DNA of 64,000 nt from Amoebophrya sp. A120 (GCA_905178155.1 CAJINV010000004.1:1713929-1777928); one strand, 5' to 3'; shown: positions 22,619 through 35,860, counted from the first letter of the stretch. Numbers and translations are program-made. Notes: generated by a model not told the origin, from the sequence alone.

Positions 22619-23423
22619 CTGAACATGTACAGAAAAGACGCGACGAAAGATTGGTCTTGACAAGCCCTTGGAAATGAGTGCTGAAGACAGGGAGGGTGGT
22701 CTCTTGAACAGGTCGCGCTGTCGTGATCTTACTTGGTAAGCATAAAGTAAATGCGCAAAAAAACTTTCGCTCAGTGCCTGAGGACTACAAAAAGCCTCGC
22801 TTTTGTAGACTACTACACGAACACAGATCCAGATGAAACACCGGCTGACCAGCGCCACGTGGTGACTCACTGCTTGATCTATGGTGTGTGCTGCTGTGAT
22901 GTTTCTTTATATAAACGTTGCTGAAGAACTGTTGAGTCGTGAATTTCTCGCATCTCGTGTAGTATCTTCATCCGTCCTTGCCCCGGTTTTTTCATTTTCC
23001 AGGGTCGTTGCGTCATCTCAAGAGCTTTCCAACACTTCTCGGGGACAGTACACCGGTTCTGTTTTGCACGAATCGCCACGATGTCCCATTCTCGCACTTG
23101 CTATATTTACGATGGATAAGTCGTAAGCGTAACACAACGAATTCTGTTGAGTGCGGATCGTGAGAGCAGGGAGACGGAGAGCATAAGGAGAAAAATCGAA
23201 TGCACTTCCCTGCAGAAGATAAAAGAACAGCACCCGAGGTCAATAACAGTCAACATATTCGTACCTGTTTCGACCTCGATCGCCGCTATCGAGTAAGTAG
23301 CACCTGATACTGTACTTCCAGGACCTCTAGTGCCGAGTTCAGGAGGCTGGGCTCTGCGCTTCATACTGAAGCTTACTTAACGAAATTGTTTCGAGCACAC
23401 TTTATTTCTCAAAACCAAACAAG

Positions 23424-24544
23424 ATGGCCTCGCCCTACCTCAACCTCAAGCCGACCGTGAGACTCGGACGCGGCATTGTCGTTGTTCCCGTACTTCTCGC
23501 GGTTCTCTGGGCTTTTCTCGCGTTCGCCGAAAGTCAGAACCTCCGGGGCGACAATGCGCCCCCCCCCCGCGAAAGTGTCGTTGGCACTGTCAGCGGGGGG
23601 AACAGCGACAGCACCGAATGCCCTCACGAAAGAGGATCGGGATGCCTTTCGCGAGATTTATGAGAAGAAAATGAGTAAGCAACAGTATTTTATTCATTGA
23701 ATAGAGTCAACATATTTTATTGATGTTCAATTATCAATGTGTGTTCAATGTTTTTTTGCGATTGCTGCTTAGTTCCTTTGTTATGTTGATGCGTGACCAT
23801 TTCTATCTCATTAATCAATGAATACTTTTCTGTGTCGTGGTCGTGCTGGTGCTGTTTGTGTGGTCCTCCTTTTCGCTGTTTTGAACAAAAGTGGGTTCAA
23901 TTTGGCAAGAGCGACATTGAAAAATGTATGCGTGACATTTGTCAGGTTTGATCGAGAGAAGCGGGCTCGGCCTCCCGACAATCGGCTTCATGCTGCATGT
24001 CATGGACCTGACCGGCGGAAATCTGGACTTTGCCGTGCAGGTGTACAACTCGGGGGAGATCAACGCGTTTCTCGCCCTGGATGTCAACAAGGACCGCAAA
24101 CTCGACGGCCGCGAGTGCCCCTGCTTTTTTGCGCGGATGAATCCAAGCGCCGCCACGACGGAGGAGGATCCCGCCACCGGCCTGGACTTCATCGCGTTCC
24201 GGAACGCCTGCTCGGTGCCGGCAGGGGAGGACTCCGCGTTTCTCGAGAGGAGTCAATGGGACTGGCGCGAGCAATCGGCGTGGGAAAGAGCCTGGCATCG
24301 TTTTGAGAAAGGCGGCCCACTAGCGGTTTGTTTTAGCTGCTGGCCTACCTTCCAGGACACGGGCAAACCTTGGCTCCGCGGCGAGTCTAGTGGCCCGGAG
24401 AACTCCGCAGCTAGGGAGTCGGACGAGGAAATAGTACGTGATAAATATACCAAAACTTATTTCAACTTTTTCAGTCAGTGCGGCTGCGGGTGCGGTACAG
24501 AGCTCCATTTCGTACTCTGCAGGCCGTGTGCTCTAGCGATATGA
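23424..24544 (+). CDS. Signal-peptide EF-hand protein; one canonical GT-AG intron (23675-23945); apparent 1-nt frameshift in a C10 run near 23560
   Basis: Hydrophobic N-terminus VVVPVLLAVLWAFLAFAES; EF-hand loop DVNKDRKLDGRE; the phase-1 intron gtaagc...gtcag joins KKM-S-LIERSG. Confidence 0.6.
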
Positions 24545-24788
24545 ATGTCATGTCGCCGTTGATACTACAAAATGGATACCTCGATCTTGTCAGGTAATTG
24601 ATACCAGGTCGAGCTCTATTTCGTCGACGTCGAGCTCGGCCTCGTCGAGTTCGGGCTCCTCGTTCTCGGGCGACGCGTAAAAATCCGCTTCATGAATTTC
24701 TGATCGACACACGACCTTTTAGAAAGTCACCTCCTGACGCAAACGCGACCGTGTGCGGACGAGACCTGATTTTGATCGGAAGCTGCAC

Positions 24789-25078
24789 TATGCATTGCAA
24801 CTATGTCTCCGCCTGGATCTCGTCTCTGTGATGCTATTTTCTACAATAAACAGAGTCTGCATATATTGCACGAAGCGGTTTGGGGAGCTTTTTCGTCGTG
24901 CTGGAGGTCGGTTTGGCATGCGATTTCCAAACGACTCGGCAACAAGCTTGCAAAAACTTGCCATGCATTTATTATCTGCAGCAGACCGGTTTCTCATGCA
25001 AGAATTAGCCATACACACGCGCACAGGTCCGCTACTTCTACTTTCCAGACGCAGACAAAGACATATTTGCAGCGCATA
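24789..25078. mobile_element. Family A-like element; host gene not resolved
   Basis: tatgcattgcaactatgtct/agacatatttgcagcgcata; DR decayed. Confidence 0.6.
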
Positions 25079-26229
25079 TGGGCGTAAGTCGCATTCTTGC
25101 GTTTGCGAAGCAGCAGCCGTAGTACCATCTTCCGCTTCTGCGGCACCCGCATGAAGATGTGCAATCAGAAGAGGCAATCTAAAAACTTCACTTTTATACA
25201 ACTTTCAGAAACTTTATACAGCTTTCCAATCTCACCTTTTATTTTATTTGCACACTTATTATTACTTTTTCAGATTCAGTGTATGTAGATTCGGCTCAAG
25301 AACTGTTTTAATTTCCGCAAATTAGGGCGTACAAGCAGAAGCAAGCCAAAGTCGCTTAGCCGCGTCCTCTTTTTGTTTAAGCACTTAATAAGCACTAATT
25401 AATAATTTGTATTGTTACACTGAGCAACTTCTTGTTTCTTTTGTCAAAAGTTGTACGAGGGCGCACCAAGGAGCACGCACGTACAGCAAAACGGCAAGGA
25501 GACTAGACTTCTGCATCCGACAAGAAACCCTCTTCATTCGAACTCCCGTACTATTGTATTTGAAAGAGCGTATTTATTGTTACGCTTACAGTTGCGCCTG
25601 AAGTAGCTTATTGTATTCGGAAGAGGTTCGTAACGGGGAGAGCGAGGTAGACGAGCAGGATAGAGAATCGCATCTATATCTGTTTGCTTATCGTGCCTTA
25701 CAGAATACCTTGCTAAGTTTACGCTTTTGCTTTTACATCTGTCACGAAATAAAAATGAAATTGTGACGCGCTGAACTACGAGTTTGCGCAATATTTGATG
25801 CAAGCGTTTCTGATCTCTTCGGTCGCCAGTCGACGCAAGGAAAAGAACGGTCGTGCACTCGACACAAACTAAAATCCGAACGCCTGTGGGCGATCAAGAA
25901 AATTTCCAAAATTTTTGAAATAAATGTCATGTACTCACCGCAAATAACTACAACGAACCAAATACGACGTGAGCACGCCTCAATAAAGCAGAGCCAGTGT
26001 CACATCGACTGTGGTCGTGTGCTCGCAGTGTAAAAGCTATACGAACGCTCCGACTTTTCTGGGTACAATATGTTGAAAGAGTGATCGCGTGGCGCAGTGT
26101 GTATCGCCGACATTTATTGCCAAAACAGAAAAGCGAGCAGCCACTTTTCTCGCCCCGTGTCATGTTTTCGGGTGTTGAGCTGTGATGGTGATCTCATCAG
26201 CTCATGATCCCATTTTTGAGCTACAATAT

Positions 26230-28270
26230 CATTGCTGTGTCACAATCACCTCGATCTCAAGTGATTGGCGGCCTATTTGCCGAAATAACGAAAACTCTAG
26301 CGAGGTTAGTTGTCCCGTTTTAGCTGGTCCATCAAGTAAACTTTTCACATCTTTTCTTTAAATTATTTTTCGCTTTTTCCAGTAAAACTTTCTCTACCGC
26401 CGCTTTCGAGCGAGCATTCATGAACACTCTTTCGAGTTATATGTGAGTGGGTGCTCCCGTTCGGACAGGCGCTACCCCTACTATTGCTTAGTGGTGAGGT
26501 TAGGTATCATCTAGTAACTTCTAGCCCTGTTGCCGCCAATCCAGAGCCATAGGAAGATAGTAGCCTGCCGCCTCCCCCGTTGAAAAAAAAAACATTCTAA
26601 TTTATCCAGCGGGCTAAGCATTCACCGCAACCGAGCAACAGCACGTGGAGCTCCCTATGAGCCTAGTGGAAAAGTCTTATGAGCCCATAACAGTAGAAAA
26701 CTGATAACTTAGGTTTGTATAGAACGGGTGCTCCCGTTCGGACAGGCATTACCCCTGCTATCGCTTAGTGGGGAGGTTAGGCTCCATCTAGTAGCTTCTA
26801 GCACTGTTGCCGCCGATCCAGAGCCATAGAATGATAGTGACCTGCCACTCACCCTCTGGAAGCTGGAAAACACTACTTGAGCTCGAGCTTGATCATTGCT
26901 GTGTCCCAATCACCTCGATCTCAGGCGTTTTTCTGCCAAAGGAGGTTCTTCTAGTTGCAGATCCCGTCGCCGCTCGGTTCTTTTCAAAGTGGCTCGGATC
27001 CATCGAAGCTTGCGAAAATCTTCGTTCCTGCAACGAACAAGATCTTCAGACATTTTTGGTTTCTTCGTTTTTTTTCTCTCGTCGTTTTTTTCGTTTTCTG
27101 GGTCATGACCTACATGATTGCAACAAACTATTGTGCTTCAGGAGTCGCTCGAATACCAATGCGAGGTCTGGTGTAAAACCAAGTATAGCTTAAGCTTTTG
27201 AAAATTTACATCAAAGTCGAGCGCCTCGTGAGTAGAGCCTTCATCTCATGTCCCCTGACATGAACAAATATCTGTGAAGACGCGACCCCCCGGGATAATC
27301 GGCTAACCACCAATACAAACGTCATGTCCACCAGCACAAACCGCCACCCAGCCCAGTTTCTGGTTTTGGACGGTCTCAACTTGCTGGAGATTCTTCGCGT
27401 CTGTTGCACCTTTCTGTGCATTGGTTTCGTCACAACCACGTTTTTGCAATACTGCGGCGAAATCGTGAAATATCATCGAGCAAGGAACCCCGGCGTGGTG
27501 GCGAATTTCGTGGCAGAAGATGTACTTACTCTAAAACTGCAAATAAGCGGCAATGCCCTGAAGTCCTGCGAAATCCATGCCCCGCGAACTTGCCCCTCTG
27601 TTGGCCTGGGACAGAGCGGAAAGTAGTTATATATTACAAAGGGTCGCCTTAGCATTGTGAGTGCATTTTGGGAGCAGGAGGGCCTCGGTATTTGGAGAAG
27701 TGAGGAGATGTCCTCTCCTTCGTAAGTTGATCGCCTTGCACTGGCGCCATAGCCAAAAACAGGCAGCTGCAAAGTCGAAACCGTTCGCAGAAGAGCTGCG
27801 AAAGAGGCAAGGAAGGCCATCAGCAAGTAGAAAAGGGCATGGGCCACCCCAGTAGCCCTGCCAAGGAAGAGGCTGCACCCGTCGCAACGTCGCTCCGCCA
27901 ACGAGGTTCCGGACCGGGCTACCTAGTGGCCGTCGCGTCGCCCTAGCTTTATTTCGTCCGTGTTAGGTTTACATCGACCTCCTGAAAGCAGAGGCTGCTT
28001 TTATTGTCCCGAAATTTTCGCAACCACAGAGTCAACCTTTTGGAAGCATAGGTTGATTTTATGGTTGCGAAGTTTCCGGAGGCATAGCCATAGAATCGAT
28101 TTCCTGGAAGCAGATGGTGATTTTATGGCCACGACGTTTTATTTTCTTCAGCCATTGGCTGGAGAAGACGCGACCCAAAATGCGCCTGCTTTGCCCCTTT
28201 TAGGTCAGGCCCTATGCCAGATTAAGGAACCCCGGCGTCGTGGCGAATTTCGCGGCGGAAGACGTATCTA
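26230..28270. repeat. Degenerate dispersed direct repeats
   Basis: gggtgctcccgttcggacaggc... (~110 bp) at ~26448 and ~26726; cattgctgtgtc.caatcacctcgatctca at ~26230 and ~26894; aaggaaccccggcgt.gtggcgaatttcg at ~27482 and ~28224. Confidence 0.6.
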
Positions 28271-28515
28271 TGTGATTCTCATTTGGCCATAAAGATGAAC
28301 ATCATGGCAGGGAAGATCCTGCTTAAAACTGCCTGCACAAATAAAATAAATCCGAACACAATGAAAGAACGTGACTCATTGCCATTTTTTTCCACGTGAT
28401 CAGACCTCCTTCAGTGTATTGTAAGACAGGCTGAAGAAAGACAATGACAAACACAGCCTCATATAACCAGCAAAAAGAACTTTAACTTACTTCGCACGAC
28501 AATCTATACCTACAG

Positions 28516-31500
28516 CTCATCGCCGTTCCCTTTTTTGTCGGCATTGGAGCGGTACCAATATGGGGACTCGTGTTGGACTACCTCGAGTCAAAGCGCACAC
28601 TGACCACCGCGACCATGCTTGCGCTCGTAGGATGCTTCGCCCTCGGGCAAAACCCTGGGTACTTCAGCGCGTTTCTGCTCTTCCTTGGCGTCAACGGCAT
28701 GCGGCTTAGCATCGCCGCGCTAGTGCAGCAGACGTGCATATGCGGTGCGAATAGGTCTGGACCCTCTGGAGGAATGCAAGGTCTCATGCTGTCGACTTGG
28801 CATCAGTATCACAGTAAAGCGGCTATCCTGCTGGTGCACATGAGCACCAGGAGCAAAAGTGCGTAAGTACTCTTCACCACGCGAAAATGACATTCCCCAA
28901 GCCTAGTAGGCATAGAGCGCGAGAGCAGATCTATTTCTCAAAACTTGTCGTGTCGCGCGTATCGCAGACCATCTTTTGTGTGATGCGAAAGCTGCATCAC
29001 TTCAAACAACCACAGTCTTCCAGAAGATCCGGACGTATTTGCGTTTGATAGTGGAAGAGCAGCTACGGGCAGGACAGATACGGTATTGGAAGCAAGGTGA
29101 ATAGTGCTACTGCTACCATGCCCATGTCCATTGAGGACCATTGAGGAGCTGTCTTGCATATTTGATTTGAATGAAGCATCAGTATTTTATGTGATGAGTA
29201 GATGCTCGCCAGCACTCCAACTCATTTGTCCTCCAAGCGTCGATCGCACTACATCACAGGCAAAGCGTTCTGTTTGGCCGCCGCGTTGGAGCTCGTAGGC
29301 GTTTTTTTCGGGCTACAAGTAACCAATCTTTCCTGGGCTGCGCACTACTATCGAATGAAAAAAGTTCGTCACGATCACTCATGCTCATTTTTGCGAAAGC
29401 GAATACAAACCTGTCATGCTTATAAAATGCATTGCCGTCAAATAAATTTCGATTTCCTCCGTGATTTGGATTTCAGCCCTTCTCTTGTGTTAATGCAATA
29501 CAAGAAAAAACTGTGACGCCAGTGCCAGAGACATTTGTCATGCCAGACCTGCAAAAAAAAGTTGACTGTGGGGAATTTTCTCCTGTCCATAACTACGTCG
29601 CCGGCAGCAGTAAATGCGTGGGAATGTGTGTGGATTTCAAATTTGCGTTCCACCTCTGCCTTCCTGTAATTACGGTTTTGTGTGTTAGCCTGGCGCTTCT
29701 AACACGGATCCCGCAGGTGACTGTACTCGCAAATAGTAGCGCCCCGAGGTCACCTTCGGCCTCGCTGCAGGGGAGACAGGTATGTATTAAAGAAGTAACA
29801 AGTTTGCTTGTTGCGATCATGTTGATTCACGATTTTTTGAAGCAAGTACTGGTTTTCTGGTGCTGTCCGGATTTGTGTACCTACTCATCAAGGAAAAAGA
29901 GACATTTGGAAAGCTGCATTCACACGCGCACACCACATCCAACACCGAGGTCCTCCGCCCGCGGTCCATTTCCGGTGCCCGACTTTTCTACGTCGTGGCT
30001 GCCATGAGCTGGTGTGGCTGGGGTGCGTTGCTGTGGTTTGGTGCATTGTTCGTGACGAAGGAGCTCTATCGAGGAAAAAAACTGCGTTTAGTGTAAGTAA
30101 GTCTCTGAAGACTACAACAGCATGACGAATTCACTCTGCAGAAACAGAGCAAGCCTGTCATGCATGGTCAGTAGGTGAAAAGAAAAACGCGTATGAATAA
30201 TAAAGGGCGGGACTTCAGGGCTGTCTGGCATGACAAGTGTATGACTACGTCGTGACTATATTTTTCTGCACATGTAGACGATGACGAGACTTGACTTCTT
30301 ACAAGCACATGCACAGTTTTTATCTTGCATAGGCTCTACCTCGTGTTCAATGTGTTCCGGGACGATGTCCGGGTGCTGGGTATCCTGTGTGCTAAAAACG
30401 TCCCCACCCCCAGAGTTGTCATGCAAAGTCGATGGCATGCCTAAAATTTGTCTCATGCGCAATCCGCCCATGAGGGCCATTTTCTATTATTACTCTCTGG
30501 CAGATTTTCATGCTACAATCATGATAGATGAGATAAATCGATTTGCAACGTGGCTGCACTCCCTAAATACACTCAGTGACACTGACACTACTTACCATCC
30601 CCGACTCGTCATGCCAAAAGAACTTGTTGATTATGATTTGTGTAGCCAAACCCCCAACCATCTTGACTGTAGGGCGGGGGCGTTTTTACTCAGGATACTG
30701 GGGAATCCGATGCTCAGGTATCATGGGTCGTGTTGATGCAGTGGCATGCTTTTCGACGTAGAACGCGTTCTATACTCTTTTTAGTCACTCATGTCATCGG
30801 CAAGAGAAGCAATCCAAATGTTCTCCGGAAGTAGGAAACAATCAGCCACATTTACACTCGATTGTTGATTGTTCGAGTGGTTCTTCAGCGGATCGTTCTG
30901 TGTTATACGAATAAGTACGGATGCACCTCGGTGCATCATTTTCGAGTCGTTGGTGTAGCGTCTACTAGGCTAGTGGGCTTGGTCATTGGCATTCGGCCCT
31001 GCCCCGCGGAGTGTTGGCAGGGGCTGTTGGTTTTTAGGCGTATTTGTTTTCCTGCATCCTCAGGGCTACGGAATCTCCCAGAACGGAGGCTGAGGGGCTA
31101 GGGGCCCCCTTTAGACTGCCCGGGGAGGGTCTCTCTTGTTGTCTCTGCCCCGGGGCAGTGAAAGGCTCTTGCTTCCAGGTTGGGTATATGACTTTGCAGC
31201 GTTGATTAATATGCCGCCGCTGGCGGCCGTGGCAGCGGGCCTACTCCTTGCAGGCCAGGTCCAGGTAGGCGGGGCCCTTAGTTGTTCGCAAGAAGTTGCA
31301 ATGGGTTAGCTCTCCTCTCCTGCTGGTTTTTCACGGTCTCTCATTTGTCCGGGCTGGTTCAGCGCGTCCCTTTCCATGTGGCAGGGCCCTTGCAGTTACA
31401 CCTCGGAGTGCAAGGGACTCGGGTAGATGGCTTTGAATTCACTGGGGGAAACGGCTGTGCCCTACGCCTTGGGTTTTCTGGTGCGGCAATTGTGGTATTC

Positions 31501-34500
31501 ATTCATCGGCTAACTTCGGGTCGGGAACGGAAGCTGGCTTTGCGGGGATGTCGCGGCTTATGGGGTTAGCCTTTGCCTTCGGAGGCCAGCATTTTCACTG
31601 CGCGCACCCAGGGGTGCTGGAGGTTGGTGCCTATTGATTCAGCTTGGAGTTGAAAGCCCGACGTGGACAGGGACTAGGGCCGCAGGCGGCCACGGCACTG
31701 CTGGCACTCGAGGACGTGTTTCCCGGGCATACCGGGCGGACAGGGGAGGGCTGGCTTTGTTACCACAAGGCGCGCTGCGCGCCCGGGGCGCATTCGGGGG
31801 GGGGGGCAGCAGGCCCCGGATGCTTGTCTGCAGGATGCACCGGCTAGGTGTTAGCACTCACGCTCCAATCAACTGGCACGCAACTCTTGGCCAGGCGGCC
31901 ATCTCTCTTGGGCCTGGTGACATTTTTGCCCTTGGGGGCAGCAGGGCTGTTTCTGTACTTTGGTGTTCTTTCTCTTGCCGACCGGACAGGAAGCGCCATC
32001 TCATACTCATGGCTGGGATAGGAGTATTTTAGTCCAAAGCTGTAGGCTCGGAGGCACTAGCAGCTCTCTGTGTGTGGATTGGCGCTGTGCGGCTCTAGAG
32101 CTTCGGCAAGCGATTTCGGACCGCCGAGCCCGGCGGGGGGCCTGGCATTTGGGATCTTAGGCGCTCTGGGTCGGGTTAGCACACATGGTTGGATTTGGCA
32201 CGGGCCTCATAGGTTGATGGCAGATGGCTACTGGCGCTGCCTCCCCAAGAGCCTGATAGAACCGCGTCGGGGCGCCCCGGGCAGGGCGGGTCTAGGCGAT
32301 GTCGACGCTTCTACAAGTAGAAGCAGCGTCTGGGCGGATATCGCAGGGGTGGTCTCCCCCTTGCCTTTCTCTCTCTCTTGGCTGGTCTAGTTTGGTAGCG
32401 GAACCCACATGCGCGCCGGTTATTTGGTGGCGGCCAGGAGATTTAGTCGCTTGGGAAGTTATGAGCACGCACAGGCCCGGTTCCGGAAGCGTTGTTTTTA
32501 GGCCGGGTTTTTTGAGGCATGAGGCCCTTGTGTCCGAAGTCATGGGAAGCATATCATACATCCTGGGGGCAGACGCAGGGCCACTAGTTGGGTCAATAGC
32601 TTGGGTCTCATTCGGGGACTACGCCCAACATAGGTGGAGCAGGGTCGAGGACAGGCAGGCCCAACATTGTTGATTGTTCGAGTGGTTCTTCAGCGGATCG
32701 TTCTGTTTTATACGAATAAGTAGTGCTGTAAGTACGAGTACGTTACATGATAGATCACTACAGTGAACAAGAATTTCAAATGAATTGTAAGTTGTAAATA
32801 ATATTATTACTTATTTTCCAGCTCACCCTTACCCCTGACCGATCCGGGGAAGCAATCTTTCGCGCTGGTTTTATCCCACGAAAAAATTGTTACCGTGACA
32901 CATTGATTGATTTGTAACTTCAGCAATACAATAAACTCGCTCTGCATGACAGAGAAAACTTGCAATGCAGAGATCATAAGGTGGAAAAACACGTATGAGG
33001 CGAGGTTCGAAAGCATATCGTGCATGACATGCGTAATTCTCTGTATAACTGCATGTTCTGCAAGATCACAATGTGTGACTGTAAAAACGGTTTTTCCTTT
33101 GCATACGTTTCGCACCTGAGCTACACCACGATTATCTCTTCCATCGTCGGGTGCTTTTTGCTCTTGAGGTTTGTTTATGCAATGCAAAAGCATCGTACTA
33201 GTTAGTATAAAATTGCATTACAAATTAGCCCAGCATTACAAATTGACTTTGTAATGCTGATTTACCTTGAGAAAAAGTTTTGTAATGCGTAAATGCAATT
33301 ACTACGACTACGATACAACTTTCGCACAGGATATTGTTTTCCTGAACAACCGGAAAAACTACCTGATCACGATATCCTGAGTCAAAACGTCCTCCCCACC
33401 CCAGAGGCAAGATGCCCATTTTGCTACACAAATGAGCAAGTTTTGGCTGTTTCGCATGACAAAAGCTTCGAGATGGCATTATAAAATGCTTTTGATGGGT
33501 CTCCGCATGAGAAACATTTTAAGCATGCAGATTTGCATATGCAGCTCTGGGGTGGGCACGTTTTTCCATGGGATACAGGAAACTGTACAGCGACGTGGGC
33601 AACAACCTTCTCTGCGCAAACCTGCTCCTCTATCGCAAGAAAATAAAACCGTCTCAGTCTCAAACCGTAGTTACTGTAGTTGCAGACCCAGCAATACAAA
33701 TTTGCAGCTCAGCATCATGAAGACACGAAAATAAGACTGTGATGCGTCAGACACTACAAGGGTGGGACACACATAATATGAAAGAAGACTCTCTAGCATA
33801 TGGAGCATGACAATAAAAATGACGCAAGGAAGTTGCGCAGTGCAAGTTGAGACTGTGAGGCAGTTTTCCTTTTCTCTCGCGATATCCTCCCCTTCCTTTT
33901 CACTTCCTACCCACTGATATCCAAGGAAAAAACGTTGTTAGTGTAAATTTGTGATGCGCAGCATGCAAGATGATTGCGTCTGTCATGCTTAGCATGCATC
34001 GTAGCGTCCACTAAAGGGCGTTTTCGCGTGCTATCTGCGCATGACAGGTTTTTGCTGTCATGCCAGACAAATTTGTAATGCTGTTCCTCCAAAAAAGTTA
34101 CACCTACAATCTTTTTTCCTGGGATAACTGAAGTTTTTCCTCTACTAACAAATGCATAATACATTTGAGTCTGGAAATTGGTGATGCTCTATCTTGTATG
34201 GTTCAACCAGTTATTTCAAGCACTGCCAAGCATGACAAGTTTTTAGTTTTACCGTGCTTTCGCGTAGATAGTACGCATAACTATTACAAAGTAATGCGTT
34301 CCACCTGCGCAAGAAAAAAGCGCCCCTACTTTGCTGGTCATGCAACACAGATTCTGCAGGCATGCAGGAGAAGTACCAGAAGTTCCGCACTTCACGATCC
34401 ATACCCAGACACAATATTTGCAATGCATATCTACTGCTGGGCCGCAAGTCTGGGACTATGTCTTGCAATGCAGCTGTGTCTACCGCCGCTGATTGTCACG

Positions 34501-35860
34501 CGATTTGTGGATAGCAACAGCCTCCCAAACGGGAATGGCGAGGAGGGCAGTGAGGAGAATAATAGCAACAATTTTATTTCAACATCCGATCCATCTGCAC
34601 CCGGGATGGTACATAACCAAGCGACCTCGTCTTCATCCACAGCGGGAATATCAAACAAGAACAGAATAGATGGAGTAGGTGGACCTCCACCACAACTAGG
34701 TAGCTCTGGCTCCTCCTCTTCCTCTCAGCCGCTACCCGACCTGCCCTCCCATGCAGCAGACGCGGCTTCTACTACCACCGTCAAGCCGCCCCCTTCTGAA
34801 CATCGCCATCTGGCCGGGCTGCTGTTCTGCCAAAACTTAGCGATAATAGCAGCGAAAAGCATTGCGGACAATTTCGCGGTGGCCGACGTCTTCGCCGCCA
34901 GCGGGGAGCCACCAAGCCACGCAAACTGCTTCGTGCTCTTTGCGACGGTGTTGTTTACGGCGAATCTGCTGCTGGCAAATAAACTCGCTTACCCTCCAGA
35001 AGAGTACACGCGTTATTATACCGGAAGAGCATAAGTTTGTCTTGTACTACCTGAATTCCTGTCATTGTATAAAACACTGCAAATGAAATTAAAATGCAGA
35101 TGAGACCGAAAGAGTAGAGGCAAGTTTGTGTCATGCAGAGTGCAGTTTGCGTTGCGAGTTAGCGACGGGAGAGCTACGACCACAAAGAAGATTTGCGCGA
35201 CGCTAAAAATTGTTGCAACGCAAACTCATTTTTTTTCTGGTATTCGATGGGTGTACTTTTCTGCAGAATATCGCTACGAAAGAGGAAGAATTGGCAAGGG
35301 TGAAGATGGGCCTCGCAATATCTTGTGTAAAAACGTACCCATGATGAACCCTTAGTCAAGTACATGGGAGACCTGCTAAAAGACATTCACATCAAGATGG
35401 GAGTAGAGGATGCTGCTATTAAAGCCAGAGGAAAAGAACCCGGCAATCTTGTTCATCTGCTTCTGGTTTCTAAGACCAGCATGGTACGTCCTCGAACCTC
35501 CGGCTACGCATTGATTATGAGCGTCATCCTTTATTTATATTTATTCCCGGGCACGCAGATTTGCATGGCAGCTGTGCGGTCGTGGGTCCGTTTTTCTTTT
35601 TGCACTGGATACGGTATGGGCGGCGGAACCGGCGTTGGCGTTGGTGGAAGACAGCAGCTGCACGGTGGGTTGCAGGAATGAAGATGATGATCACTATATT
35701 ACACTGGATGGTGGATCACATACAACTTCTATGTAGTTCTTGTCCCTGCGCCTTGTTGACCTCCGGCCACGCTGCCTCTTCTCGCTCTTACGTGGCACTA
35801 CAACTACTACAGCACATTTCTCTAGTAGAAGCCGCCCTATGTTGCCGCGAATACACCTGA
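28516..35860 (+). CDS. Multi-pass membrane protein, MFS-transporter-like; 5' end not found; 3' end possibly degenerate
   Basis: Exons VGIGAVPIWGLVLDYLESKRTL (MFS motif-A-like), LFYVVAAMSWCGWGALLWF, IISSIVGCFLLLRFVF, LLCANLLLPFLF, LHGSCAVVGPFF; joined across ~11 introners plus canonical introns (e.g. 30718-32821). Confidence 0.5.
28728..29050. mobile_element. Introner family A-like (diverged)
   Basis: Right end cttccaga...atttgcgtttgata; DR gtgca/gtgga. Confidence 0.6.
29349..29591. mobile_element. Introner family D-like
   Basis: DR actac/actac. Confidence 0.75.
30067..30331. mobile_element. Introner family D
   Basis: DR agctc/ggctc. Confidence 0.78.
30381..30697. mobile_element. Introner family F
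   Basis: DR ctggg/ctggg. Confidence 0.85.
30861..32722. mobile_element. 1.75-kb GC-rich insertion bounded by 57-bp direct repeats, inside a canonical intron
   Basis: attgttgattgttcgagtgg...gaataagta at 30861-30917 and 32666-32722 (1 mismatch); interior is GC-rich with no recognisable domain. Confidence 0.6.
32872..33105. mobile_element. Introner family D
   Basis: DR ggttt/cgttt. Confidence 0.78.
33176..33333. mobile_element. Introner family B (reverse)
   Basis: DR ttgtt/ttgtt. Confidence 0.9.
33373..33575. mobile_element. Introner family F
   Basis: DR cacga/cagga. Confidence 0.85.
33631..33884. mobile_element. Introner family D-like
   Basis: DR tcctc/tcctc. Confidence 0.85.
33918..34126. 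mobile_element. Introner family D
   Basis: tatccaaggaaaaaa/ttttttcctgggata; DR actga/actga. Confidence 0.9.
34146..34429. mobile_element. Introner family A-like (diverged)
   Basis: DR tctac/tctac. Confidence 0.78.
35319..35553. mobile_element. Introner family F-like (degenerate)
   Basis: Left end tatcttgtgtaaaaacgt; DR cgcaa/cgcag. Confidence 0.55.

Noticed and set aside
23559-23568. Programmed frameshift at the C10 run in the EF-hand gene
   Set aside because: A homopolymer sequencing or assembly error is the simpler explanation; raw reads are needed.
24590-26200. Minus-strand gene (acidic ..EPELDEAELDVDEIELD..)
   Set aside because: I could not build a continuous frame; at most a degenerate fragment.
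30785-30913. Terminal exon ending at the 57-bp repeat
   Set aside because: It is in frame, but the acceptor at 32821 gives the same phase and continues into further TM segments, so the longer model is preferred.
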